From contig NC_068987.1 of the NCBI RefSeq assembly GCF_001194135.2, forward strand, positions 67,339,327-67,380,681: a DNA stretch of 41,355 nucleotides, given 5' to 3'. The notes beneath the pieces are model-generated. The model was not told the DNA's origin. It searched no databases and saw only the letters and a list, made by a program, of their open reading frames with translations. This DNA comes from Octopus bimaculoides. Taxonomy: Eukaryota. Every line of letters begins with the position of its first letter. Within the stretch, counting starts at the first letter, position 1. Of this stretch, positions 12,779 through 25,095 are shown in pieces. The position numbers and the translations under genes were made by a program.

Positions 12779-12910
12779 ATACGACGAGTTTCTTTCAGTT
12801 TCAGTCTTCCAAATCCACTCACAAGGCATTGGTCGGCCTGACGCTATAGTAGAAGACACCTGCCCGAGGTGAGACTGAACCCGAAACCACATGGTTGAGA
12901 AGGAAGCGAA
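12779..12910 (-). mobile_element. SINE family 1, 5' half
   Basis: aaatccactcacaaggcattggtcggcc..gctatagtagaagacacctgccc..gactgaacccgaaaccacatggttg matches rc of 7430-7540. Confidence 0.85.
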
Positions 12911-13133
12911 GCATTTTCGCACTTTTCGTTGTCCATTCTTAATATTTGATATACCCAAATATCAATGTAGATCTCTAATATCTGATATCCCAAATATCAG
13001 ACCTTGGATACTTAATATATTTGGTTTTCGGAGATTTGTTAATAAGTGTCTGGGTAAGAAATATTATTTAAAGTAGATGTAAGTCTAATCAAACATGTTT
13101 TTTGTCTCACTATTTTACGTACATTGCTTTCCA
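12908..13133 (+). repeat. ~225-bp direct repeat, copy 1, with GATAT/ATATC hairpins
   Basis: Aligns to 13568-13796 at an offset of 660, moderately diverged. Confidence 0.85.
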
Positions 13134-13567
13134 TTTAACTATATGTCGTTTAGGCAGATGGCGTCCATATACATATAAGTGTGTGTGTGTTTGTTTTTAT
13201 GTGTGAATGTGTGTGAAGAGAAAAAGCGAGAGAGTGAGATAGAAAAGACAGAGAATGTTATCTAACCTTATGCAAATCACTACCGCATACGAAGGAAAGA
13301 GTTATGACTGCTAGTTTGCGCTAACGTGGTTTGGTCCTCTTTGGAATATATACATGCTCTCAAATTCATGAAAAATTATTACCTGCTGTCTCTAGCCGAT
13401 ACGCAAAATATATCTGGTAAATGTTTGTTGCTAGCAAAAGATATTAAAGGTAATTATCACTACACAGAGGAGTAAATTGTTTCAACGACAAATGAAATAC
13501 TAACTGAACGTAGAAACTATAGCGTAACGTATTACAGTTGCTAGGCTGAATGAGGTTGAAAATGATT

Positions 13568-13796
13568 GAAGCATGTTCGTTGTTTTGATTGCTCATCCTT
13601 AATATTTGATATACTCAAATATCAATGTAGATCTCTAATATCTGATTTCGCAAATATCAGAGTTGGATACTGAATATATCTGGTTTCCGGAGTTGTTTTA
13701 ATGCGATTCTGGATAAAAAATATTATTTAAAGTAGATGTAATTCTAATTAATTAAATATACTTTTGCTTCGTTATTTTACGTACATTACTTTCCAT
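13568..13796 (+). repeat. ~225-bp direct repeat, copy 2
   Basis: Shares aatatttgatata..aaatatcaatgtagatctctaatatctgat, aaatattatttaaagtagatgtaa and tattttacgtacatt with copy 1. Confidence 0.85.
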
Positions 13797-14732
13797 ATAT
13801 TTGTCAAATCCTAGAATGATTAATGATAGTAATAATGAAGGTATTTTCAGATTCATCTTATTAATATCCATCATAATAACTATCGGCTATTGGTTATAAG
13901 CAACAAAATGAATTATTTTTAGTTAACGTTTCTATGAAAACAGATATGTCAGAGATGAAAAATATTTGGACAAAGTTTAGTCATAAAGGCGAAATTTTAT
14001 ATACCAATACATAACCATTATTGCTATGAATATTAAACAAACGTTACTCACACTTGTCGAAATTTTGAAAACGGGAATTAATGTAGATGCATATTTATCG
14101 GACATTTCAACCCGGCCTGTATTGTTTGCTAGATAATTTACACTTAGCCTCCATGACAATAAATAAATAAGTAGAATATTCGACAAAAATGTAGGAAATA
14201 TAAGTGAGATCTGCAGTATAAAATAACACACATACAGAGACTAAAAAGAATAAAACAAGAAATAGAAAGTTAGCAATGATTCCCAGAAATAAGGTTATTT
14301 GAAAAATATTCACAATGCTTGAGGATTATAAAAATTTACTAAAGGTTAAAGGATAGCTAAAAGCAGCTATATCTACCGGAACTATTTCTGGATGGCAGCT
14401 AGAAAAGAGGAAAATAGTAACTAATAATAAGAAGCAAAAAGACGGAAAATAACCGTATAATATAAAGCAAACGAAGTGCCATGAAACCGGAAGCAACGCG
14501 TGCATCTTTGTTTGCTTCCGTTCAGCTAAGGTTTCTATCGTAAGCTAATGTTATAAAACTTGACGTTTCTTATTTCCAATTATTATCATCCATGCTTTGC
14601 TGTTATTGTTGTTGCGCTGATTCTGCTGCTGATATTGTTACTGAAAATATCTTGTTTTTTCGGCATATATGTGTTGTGTATGCACGTGTACGTGGGTGCG
14701 TATATGTGTAAATGTATATATACATATATAAA

Positions 14733-14742
14733 TGTATGTATG

Positions 14743-14815
<73 letters not shown>
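14733..14815. repeat. (TATG)n/(TA)n microsatellite
   Basis: Read directly. Confidence 0.95.
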
Positions 14816-14817
<2 letters not shown>

Positions 14818-16106
14818 TTGCGCAAACAATATTTCTTTGTATACATACATACATGCACATATATAAATCGCATGCATGAATGTATGCTCATCTTTCTTTG
14901 TATATATTCACAATAACAATAATAATAATAATAAGAGGAAGAAAAGCAACAGCAACAACAACAATACACAGGAATCATATATGAATATATACACTGATAT
15001 GCGTCATATGTATGCATTGCATGCTTGTATGCAAGTGTGTTCCTAGTATTGTATTTCCCTACACAACAACATAATAGGAAACAACGTATATATGCACACG
15101 TCCACACAGACGTATATACACACACGCATGCTCGCGCACACACACACACACACACACAGCTCAGTATTGTTATTGCGGATGCTTTTGAGCGACTTTACAA
15201 TGGCTGTTGTTATATATGCTGTCACAGAAGTCACCGTTGTTGTACTCGTTGTTTTTGTTGTTGTTGGTTTTGTTATTTGTTATTACTGCTGTTGTTGTAA
15301 TTATTGTTATTTTGATGTTATTGAATTTACATTTGAAGAAATACATATGTGGACCATGAGAGACACGCTTCTCTACCGACGACAGCAGTTGATGTTTCGA
15401 CATATTACCGCTAATGGATTAACTTTAATAATAATGTTGTTATATGTTGGCACAATAACAGATAATTAGTAAAGAAGAGTACGGAATAGCCTAGTGAATG
15501 TAAGCTAGCAGTTACTTTAATCCATTGAAGTCTATGGTATTTCGTTTAGGACCACAACTATAATTATTGATATTTCCCCCCACTATTGAATATTACTGAA
15601 ATATATTTAATAAGTCATAAAAACTGTAGTGTGTTTTAAATAATACACCTCCTACATTTCTGTTTCGTGTGAAAATCGTGAAGGAAAGGATATGATATAT
15701 TCTGCTAATTTTTATTTGATTTTGTTTCACAAATGATTCGTTCTCGTATCTAACCCATATTTCAATACAGATTAAATGAATGTTTTAATTGTACTATAAA
15801 GCTGAGTATATCTTCTAAAGATATTTTGCTGAAATAGAACTTGCACTGACAGTTTGTTCTTAAAATAACAACCATAGTCTCTAGAACTCCATTTTCTATC
15901 GATATTGTGCATGAGAGAAAATGAATTGCACAGGCAAACCTTTTTATATTGAAAACCTTATTTTCTAGGAAAATGACGCACTGAAGCATGAAGACAACTA
16001 CGCAAACAGTATTAATTTATTTCTTTACTTTTTCTCTTTCATTTCAACTTTTGCAAAGAAAACGTTTGAAAACAACGTGTAAAATGCGATGTTGTTCTTC
16101 ATATTG

Positions 16107-16282
16107 ATTTCAAATTTTAGCACAAGGCCAGTAATTTTAGAGGAGGAAATAAGTCGATCACCTCGGCCCCAATCTTTAACTGGTACATTTTTAGCAACCT
16201 CAAAGGATGAAGAGCAAAGTCGACCTCGGCAGAATCGTAAGGACAGACGAAATGTAACGATTCTGCCAGCTCGTCACCCAAT
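16107..16282 (-). mobile_element. SINE family 2 with a perfect 17-bp target-site duplication
   Basis: Flanked by tgttgttcttcatattg at 16090-16106 and 16283-16299; body homologous to 8146-8360 with internal deletions. Confidence 0.88.
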
Positions 16283-16747
16283 TGTTGTTCTTCATATTGG
16301 GATATGTTTCAACGAATGATATTCAAAGTAATTAGTATTACATTTGGATAACTAAAAAAAAAAAAAAAAGATATTATTTCATGACTCACNNNNNNNNNNG
16401 GAGCACTGCCTTATTTAAGTCTGGTATTTGTTGATTTAAAAAAAAAAAAAAAAGATATTATTTCATGACTCACTTCTTTTGATTGAAAGTTGCTCATGTG
16501 CCCATGGTTTAAAAAAAGATGGACTGAATTAAAAATTTCTGTCTTAAATTATTGTAATAGTACTTTTTATACGTTTTAATAATAAATAGTTACGTAAAAC
16601 AACTGTTTTGATAATAAATTTAAGAATGAAAAATTGTGTATCAACTGTGAACTTGCACTTGCAATTGAAGGATGTGCATGGCATGAAGACTATATCACTG
16701 AAGAACTGAGCCCTGGGACATAAAAAGGCGATTACTAAAATCTTAGC

Positions 16748-16950
16748 TTCAAATTTTGCCACAAAGCCAAGAAGTTAAGGGGAGGTAGAGAATCGATTGC
16801 ATTAACCCCAGAATTCAACTGGTATTTATTCTATCTAACCCGAAAGAATAAAAATCAAAGATGACCTCAGCAGAATTTGAACTCAGGAACTGACGAAATG
16901 ACGTAAAGCATTTCACCCGTCGTGGTAACGATTCGGATAGCACACTGCCT
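16748..16950 (-). mobile_element. SINE family 2, degraded
   Basis: ttttgccacaaagcc...aactggtatttattctatc..gacctcagcagaatttgaactcag..gtaacgattc. Confidence 0.8.
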
Positions 16951-16967
16951 TTGTGATTACAAATATA

Positions 16968-17170
16968 CTGGTTTTAATTTTTGGCACAAGGCCAGAAATT
17001 TTAGGGACGGTACTTGTCGGTAACATCGACCCCAGTGCTCCATTGGTACTTATTTCATCGATCCCGAAAGGATGAAAGGCAAAGTTGACGTCGGTGGAAT
17101 TTGATCTTAGAACGTAAGAAAGGACGAAATGCCGTTAAGCATTTTGCCCGGCGTGCTAGTGATTCGCAAA
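16968..17170 (-). mobile_element. SINE family 2, tandem partner of 16748-16950
   Basis: ggcacaaggccag..acatcgaccccagtgctc..cccgaaaggatgaaaggcaaagttgac..aagcattttgcccggcgtgcta. Confidence 0.85.
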
Positions 17171-17674
17171 TCGTTCTGTCACTTTAAATGTTATCTCTTA
17201 AGTGTACTTTCTTTCTTAACAATAAACGAATTAACTGAGGTAGCATGTCACATTTTTTGGGAGAGTCACGAATAGACTGCATTTAACTCATTGAGCGCTA
17301 CCTCGTAGTTAGCTACCAAGAATGTAAAAGACATCTAGTGCAGCACTTCAACTCAAGAAGAAGACCACACACTAAAACTCTGAATAATAGAAAGCACTAA
17401 GATATGGTAAATTTTTAAAGTTCCAGGCAAATTACTTAACGGTCATGTGCAAGTGCGGTTTAAAAAGAAGAAAATGTTCTAAGACAGCGAGAAAAATACC
17501 CGATCGCTCCACCGAAGAGTAAAGCAATTTTAATGTAGGGGATAAAAAAAAAACATGCTGCTTGTAGCCAGTGCCCTGTGTACTGATATGATGTAACTGC
17601 ATGCACAATATTAAGCCTTAGAAGCAATAATACTGCAACAAATAAACGAATTCATCTTTGCTGACTACATTCAC

Positions 17675-17800
17675 CAACTACTGGCATATGAATAAGGTAT
17701 GAATGCCATAGGATCAAATAACAAGACAAGAGTTGTGCCTTTTGTAATGAAATATAGAGTGCTGTTGAGCAGTTTAGAATGAGCTAACCCTTCAGTATAA
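17675..17800 (-). other. Candidate internal exon (126 nt, phase 2-2; YTEGLAHSKLLNSTLYFITKGTTLVLLFDPMAFIPYSYASS)
   Basis: Long U-rich acceptor tttgttttgttgtttttAG, donor GTGAAT, only one open frame; no homology recognised. Confidence 0.25.
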
Positions 17801-20462
17801 CTAAAAACAACAAAACAAACGATAAAAGAAAAGATATACAAAAGCAAAAACAATATCAAACCGAGTTGAACAAGATATCACACGAGGAGGGAAAAAATAG
17901 AAACAGAAAGAAAATGTGAACAAAACGAAATATTGCTTTACAACGTTTATCTAGCAATTTTGTTCCTCACATGAGAGCACGAGCACATCCATACATACAT
18001 ACACACACACAAACATACACGTACATACACAAGCTTACACACATGCACATGCAAAGACACGCAAATATACACACGCCTGTGTGTGTATATGTGTGTATGT
18101 ATGTGTGTATATATATATATATATNNNNNNNNNNNNNNNNNNNNNNNNNNNNNNNNNNNNNNNNNNNNNNNNNNNNNNNNNNNNNNNNNNNNNNNNNNNN
18201 NNNNNNNNNNNNNNNNNNNNNNNNNNNNNNNNNNNNNNNNNNNNNNNNNNNNNNNNNNNNNNNNNNNNNTATATCTTCAGGGATTTTCTGCATAGAAATA
18301 TTAAAGGCGTACCTGTCCTTCAAAATACAGATAGCCAGGCGCGCACACATACACGCAAACACACACACACATGCACACACTCTCACACACACACACACAC
18401 ATACACCCAGAAATATAAGACACCAAGTCGTAGTAATAGCGTAAATAAAGTTGCATACAGGTTTTGCCCTAACATACCCCCCCCCCAAAAAAAAAAAGAG
18501 AACATAAATATACAAGCATACATACAAACACACACATGCTCAGTCATTCTCAGACACACTCGCACTGACATAATGAAGCATACACACACACACACACATG
18601 CACATAAACACTCATGCATATACAATTACCCACACGTACACGCATACACATATACACACTTATTTTTATACCCATATAAGACACCTAGCTTCAATTTGAG
18701 CTATCAGAAAATCGTTAAACATTTACAGGCTAATGTTTAAATATGCAATACAACCGTCCATTAGAACACTTATAGGAATTCACGCAGGTACACTTTAACG
18801 CTGGCGTGGGCAATAAGATGAAACCAAGCTCCAGGCCAAATTATTTTCTTATAGAACTATGAGAGTAGAGATTCTTATAAAGCAATGTTGGATTATATCC
18901 ACAGAACTTGTGGAGGAGGTCGGTAGGAAGAAGTTGGATTGCTAGAATTTGCTAACTTGAAGTATTGAAGTGATTGTCAAGTTTGTCTTGCCAGAAGGAT
19001 CCATTGAAGTAAAAGGATGCTAGCTCAACGAAAGTGCTTGAGTGTTCCTATATTTCATGCACGTATTAATGTATGCGCCCACATACATACATACATATAT
19101 ACATGCATACATACATACATACATACATACATACACATATTGGTATGCTGCTTTGAATATATGTATATAATAATACACATATATATGTGCGTATTCACAC
19201 AAATACGTATGTTCACACACACACATNNNNNNNNNNNNNNNNNNNNNNNNNNNNNNNNNNNNNNNNNNNNNNNNNNNNNNNNNNNNNNNNNNNNNNNNNN
19301 NNNNNNNNNNNNNNNNNNNNNNNNNNNNNNNNNNNNNNNNNNNNNNNNNNNNNNNNNNNNNNNNNNNNNNNNNNNNNNNNNNNNNNNNNNNNNNNNNNNN
19401 NNNNNNNNNNNNNNNNNNNNNNNNNNNNNNNNNNNNNNNNNNTATATATATATATATATACCTACATGTGTGTGTGTGAGCATGTTTATAAGTATGGTTC
19501 TTTGAATGTATGTATATCTCTATATTCAACCACACACAAGCAACGCTGTCACACACACAGACATATATTATGAATATATATGAGTGAAAGTATTTGTGTA
19601 TGGTAGGCGTAATAATAACGACACAAGCGAAGCTTCATATTGAAGATGACAGAGAAGTCTAATAGATAGGTTGTTGAATTTGGTTTTGTGGTGGTGTTGG
19701 TGGGATCAATTTCATTTAACAGCCAAAATTCCGCTTCATACAACTAATCAACTTTCGCATTTTCTAACTGAAATACTGTTGAAATTATCCAACTTAGCTA
19801 ATAACAGAACGCTATCTCTAGGTTCGTACAACGCACGTCACTTCTAAACTGTATTAATTTCGTCGTGTCCTTTGAGAACTATACTTTAAATTAAAATTAA
19901 CGACGGCCGACATAATGACTCTTCTTCATGTTTAATGAAGTCTACTTGTGTTGAGTGATTAGTGAACAGGTGCAATAATCAAAACGACCCGGGTTAATAC
20001 ACGTTTCGAGTTGTTCTTTAGCCCAAGCTCAACTATATTTGAGCAAAGCCATCGGTAAACGCATTCTATCTGTATCCACCCTTATTTCAGACATGTCCTA
20101 CCCAAGGTATATTATCTAATACTTACTATTTCACCGCTAAAGGCATTAGAAGGTAATTTAAGAGAAATTTTCTTTTACTTTACGTAATAGGTCATGTGAT
20201 CACGCATAGGCTTTCTCATTGGCTCGTTTGACTTTCATTTCCTACATTTGCAAAGTTTATTTATTCATATGCTTAACAACAGTAAGATGGAATAATTACA
20301 TTTTTCTATCCAACACTCATAGTGACGTAACTTGTGCCAGATATAAAACTTGTTGGAAGAATAAAGTCGAATGCTGCAGATGGGTCTCGAATCGACATGT
20401 TCTCAGAGCATGAATTTTACCGTTAAAATTTTTTTGTTTTTGTTTTTGTTAATCCAGTGTTC

Positions 20463-20493
20463 TACACACACACACCCACCCACACACACCAAC

Positions 20494-20569
<76 letters not shown>
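20463..20569. repeat. (CA)n microsatellite running into a gap
   Basis: Read directly. Confidence 0.95.
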
Positions 20570-21505
20570 NNNNNNNNNNNNNNNNNNNNNNNNNNNNNNN
20601 NNNNNNNNNNNNNNNNNNNNNNNNNNNNNNNNNNNNNNNNNNNNNNNNNNNNNNNNNNNNNNNNNNNNNNNNNNNNNNNNNNNNNNNNNNNNNNNNNNNN
20701 NNNNNNNNNNNNNNNNNNNNNNNNNNNNNNNNNNNNNNNNNNNNNNNNNNNNNNNNNNNNNNNNNNNNNNNNNNNNNNNNNNNNNNNNNNNNNNNNNNNN
20801 NNNNNNNNNNNNNNNNNNNNNNNNNNNNNNNNNNNNNNNNNNNNNNNNNNNNNNNNNNNNNNNNNNNNNNNNNNNNNNNNNNNNNNNNNNNNNNNNNNNN
20901 NNNNNNNNNNNNNNNNNNNNNNNNNNNNNNNNNNNNNNNNNNNNNNNNNNNNNNNNNNNNNNNNNNNNNNNNNNNNNNNNNNNNNNNNNNNNNNNNNNNN
21001 NNNNNNNNNNNNNNNNNNNNNNNNNNNNNNNNNNNNNNNNNNNNNNNNNNNNNNNNNNNNNNNNNNNNNNNNNNNNNNNNNNNNNNNNNNNNNNNNNNNN
21101 NNNNNNNNNNNNNNNNNNNNNNNNNNNNNNNNNNNNNNNNNNNNNNNNNNNNNNNNNNNNNNNNNNNNNNNNNNNNNNNNNNNNNNNNNNNNNNNNNNNN
21201 NNNNNNNNNNNNNNNNNNNNNNNNNNNNNNNNNNNNNNNNNNNNNNNNNNNNNNNNNNNNNNNNNNNNNNNNNNNNNNNNNNNNNNNNNNNNNNNNNNNN
21301 NNNNNNNNNNNNNNNNNNNNNNNNNNNNNNNNNNNNNNNNNNNNNNNNNNNNNNNNNNNNNNNNNNNNNNNNNNNNNNNNNNNNNNNNNNNNNNNNNNNN
21401 NNNNNNNNNNNNNNNNNNNNNNNNNNNNNNNNNNNNNNNNNNNNNNNNNNNNNNNNNNNNNNNNNNNNNNNNNNNNNNNNNNNNNNNNNNNNNNNNNNNN
21501 NNNNN

Positions 21506-21548
<43 letters not shown>

Positions 21549-21982
21549 GAGGAAATAATAATAATTTTACGAGTATTTTGAATATTATTAGCGGTTAATC
21601 TAAATAATTGACAATTAGTGGAAGCAAACGATATTAGCATTAAACAACTATACAATAAATTCATAATTATATTAAAGGGTACACAAAGCACCACATTGCT
21701 AGAAAGTGGAAGTAAATATCCCCAACTTAACCACAAATTTCACTGAAAATATGCTACGGACCAACAGAAATCGGTCAAACGAGTGGAATTTAACATACTA
21801 TTTCAGGTAAAAAGCTGTAAAATGAGGTAACAGATATACTTGTATCATGATTTCGATGTCTGGCTCGAGTTTTAATCCTCCTCAGTAGGTGTGGCTGTAC
21901 CTAAAATGAAAAATCCATCTCGCCTCGTTGTAATCTAATACGTTTTGAATAGTCTCGCACCAAATTCAAAACAATTTCATTG

Positions 21983-22084
21983 AATGATGATGATGATGAT
22001 GGTGATGGTGGTGATGGTGATGATTGTGGTGATGGTAGTGATGATGGTGATGATGGTGATGATGATGATGATAATGATGATGGT
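21983..22084. repeat. Degenerate (GAT/GGT)n microsatellite
   Basis: Read directly; abuts the 5' end of element B1. Confidence 0.9.
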
Positions 22085-22849
22085 GAGTTCGAACTGACAA
22101 AGTGTGGTGTGTTAGTCTTGAAGAGAAGCAAAATCAAATGCATGGACGGGCTAGCGATACTGTGGGGGGAGGTTATGAAGCAGTTAGAAGAGACGGGCTA
22201 TAAATACTTGGGGATTTTGGAAATGTGTAAATTGATGGAGAAGGAAATGACATAAAAATTTAAGATGGAGTACTTGCGCAGACTGAGACTGATCCTTAAG
22301 TCATACGACAATATAGCAAGGCTTGTCCATTTGACACTTTGTAACAAGTATGGATTTGACAGGGCAAACAATTGGTACAACCACAAACCCGAAGGCATCA
22401 CCGAAAATGATAATGCAAAAATTCTGTGGGATTTTATGATTCAGTGCGACCATGAGAATAGAGAATTGGAAGCCAGACAGTCTTAATTGAAAAAGAAAGC
22501 AAACTATGCTGGATCATGGATATAGCATGCCCACCTGACAACAATAGGATACGGAAGAAAGAAAAGTCACTAGATATGACAGGTTAGCTTGGGAAGTTAA
22601 GCAGTTGTGGTCGCTAAAAAAGGTGGTAGTGGTGCCAATAATAGTCGGAGACCTGGGAACAGTGAGCAAACGTCTTGAGAAGTACATGGGGCTGCAAGAA
22701 GGGTGGAGCACATGCAGAAAACTGCACTGCTTGGAACTACTCGAATACTCCGGAAGGAACTCGAAAAAATAAGAGGTGTTATCTTACTTCACTGGTAGTG
22801 AACAGCTGACACTGTAGTACATCTCCAGCGTTAGAAGCTGTGCAAAAGC
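22085..22849 (+). mobile_element. RLE non-LTR retrotransposon family B, copy B1: RT C-terminus joined by deletion to RLE domain and 3' UTR
   Basis: KCGVLVLKRSKIKCMDGLAI..YKYLGILE..EYLRRLRLILKS | YDNIARLVH..WYNHKPEGITENDNAKILWDFMIQCDH..VVVVPIIVGDLG..MQKTALLGTTRILRK; 3' end runs into (AAT)n. Confidence 0.92.
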
Positions 22850-22964
<115 letters not shown>

Positions 22965-23604
22965 GATAATACAGGACTGCTATGACTCCTCGGGACGGAA
23001 TATGTAAATAAAGAAGAGTTCCATAATTAAATTTGCTGAACAAATTTCGAACCCCTTGAAGGAATGCGNNNNNNNNNNNNNNNNNNNNNNNNNNNNNNNN
23101 NNNNNNNNNNNNNNNNNNNNNNNNNNNNNNNNNNNNNNNNNNNNNNNNNNNNNNNNNNNNNNNNNNNNNNNNNNNNNNNNNNNNNNNNNNNNNNNNNNNN
23201 NNNNNNNNNNNNNNNNNNNNNNNNNNNNNNNNNNNNNNNNNNNNNNNNNNNNNNNNNNNNNNNNNNNNNNNNNNNNNNNNNNNNNNNNNNNNNNNNNNNN
23301 NNNNNNNNNNNNNNNNNNNNNNNNNNNNNNNNNNNNNNNNNNNNNNNNNNNNNNNNNNNNNNNNNNNNNNNNNNNNNNNNNNNNNNNNNNNNNNNNNNNN
23401 NNNNNNNNNNNNNNNNNNNNNNNNNNNNNNNNNNNNNNNNNNNNNNNNNNNNNNNNNNNNNNNNNNNNNNNNNNNNNNNNNNNNNNNNNNNNNNNNNNNN
23501 NNNNNNNNNNNNNNNNNNNNNNNNNNNNNNNNNNNNNNNNNNNNNNNNNNNNNNNNNNNNNNNNNNNNNNNNNNNNNNNNNNNNNNNNNNNNNNNNNNNN
23601 NNNN

Positions 23605-24225
23605 CCCTTAACTTAGTTCTCATGGAGATTCAGTGTGACAAGGCTGACCCTTTTGAAATACAGTGTAAGCACAACATACCTGATTTAATGATTTGGGATA
23701 GAGAAGAGAAACTGTGCACAGTTGTGGAAATTAGCTGCTCAACGGATGTTAACATAAAGCTGAAGATCAGTGAAAAAAAGATTATTCTTACGCTGAATAA
23801 TTGAGAAATAAGCAGTTACTCTATCCAGATTACAAGTTCAGGTTTATACCTGTAATTATTGGAGCCTTGGGATATGTAACACTGCCTAAATATCAATCTT
23901 GAGAAATTAGGCTTCTCAAAACCAGAAAGGAGAAAGCTAATTCGAAGACTACAGATCCAATCCATCACTGGAACTGTAAAAGTCTGTAAAGGTTTCCAGA
24001 AGTTTATCATTTAAACATATATGAGCATATCTAAATATGCAGCTATATGTATGAGAATGCATACATAAAGCAAAACACAAATATGCACACATACATACAT
24101 ACATACATGCAAGCAAAAATACCCTGTTGTTGATGTTGAAATTCCAATGAAGGAGCATTGAATCTGGTTTAGAAACCGGCTCTTTCTCTATTGGCAAGAA
24201 ATCTTGAAATAAAACTGAACAATGA
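23605..24225 (+). mobile_element. RLE non-LTR retrotransposon 3' end, family A-related (RLE domain plus 3' UTR)
   Basis: CKHNIPDLMIWDREEKLCTVVEISCSTDVNIKLKISEK, YPDYKFRFIPVIIGALGYV, stop near 24014; homologous to minus 8897-9370; ends in (TACA)n; 5' part lost in a gap. Confidence 0.9.
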
Positions 24226-24249
24226 CATATATACATACATACAAACATA

Positions 24250-24958
24250 CGAACTCGAAGCGACAATTCGGATATTTGGTGTGGGAGACTATTTATCGAA
24301 AATGCGATAAGTACTATCTCCAGCTTTGGATCCACAACTATCAGCCTTGTTAAATAACTGGTTAATCTTCAAATGAATTAACTGAGAGAGTATTTTATTC
24401 ACAATTCTAGTGATTTTGACTGAAACTTGAATTTAGCATGCAGAGAGTTATTACAAACAACATGGCCGGACACAACATCAACAACAACACAACCGAGGAA
24501 CAGAACGTAAACAATAGCCCAACAAGTAAACAGATTCTTTGTAGCTGTTGTTATAGGAGAAAATAATCTGTAAAACTTTCCAGAAGTTTATCATTTAAGG
24601 ATGTATGAGCTTGTCTAGATATGCAAGTATATGTTTGAGAGCACATACATAAAACAAAAGATACAAATCTGCATGTATTCATAGATCATACATACATACA
24701 TACATACATACATACTTACATACATACATACATACATACATGCATGCATACATGCATACATGCATGCATGCATGCATACATACATACATACATACATACA
24801 TACATACATACATACATACATACGTACATACACATACATACATACATACAAACAAAAATACTCTGTTGTTGATGCTGAAATTCCAATGAACGACGATCTG
24901 GGTTAGAAACCGGTTCTTTCTCTATTGGCCAGAAATCTTGAAATAAACCGAATAATGA
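24250..24958 (+). mobile_element. Putative internally deleted family A derivative (candidate 5' UTR/ORF start fused to ORF end and 3' UTR)
   Basis: 24566-24958 repeats 23979-24225 with an expanded internal (TACA)n. The 5' identity of 24250-24565 (ATG 24462, MAGHNINNNTTEEQNVNNSPTSK) is inferred only. Confidence 0.55.
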
Positions 24959-24986
24959 TATACATACATACATACATATATACATA

Positions 24987-25095
24987 CAAAAATACTCTGC
25001 TGTTGATGTTGAAATTCGAATGAAAGAGCCTTGAATCTAAGTTAGAAATCGGCTCTTCTCTATTGGCAAGAATTCTTGAAATAAAACTGAATAAT
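24987..25095 (+). mobile_element. Third copy of the family A 3'-terminal module
   Basis: caaaaatactctgctgttgatgttgaaattcgaatgaaagagcc..ttagaaatcggctcttctctattggcaagaattcttgaaataaaactgaa; flanked by (TACA)n and (CATC)n. Confidence 0.85.

Noticed and set aside
12908-13796. CRISPR array or LTR pair
   Set aside because: Only two diverged long copies, with no repeat-spacer periodicity, cas genes, TG..CA ends, PBS or PPT.
14483-14535. 9-bp hairpin CGGAAGCAA/TTGCTTCCG with an outer GAAACC/GGTTTC
   Set aside because: Single occurrence, no ribozyme core; plausible by chance in 41 kb.
16352-16473. (A)n-gatattatttcatgactcac repeated on both sides of a 9-N gap
   Set aside because: Most likely a contig-overlap or haplotype artefact.
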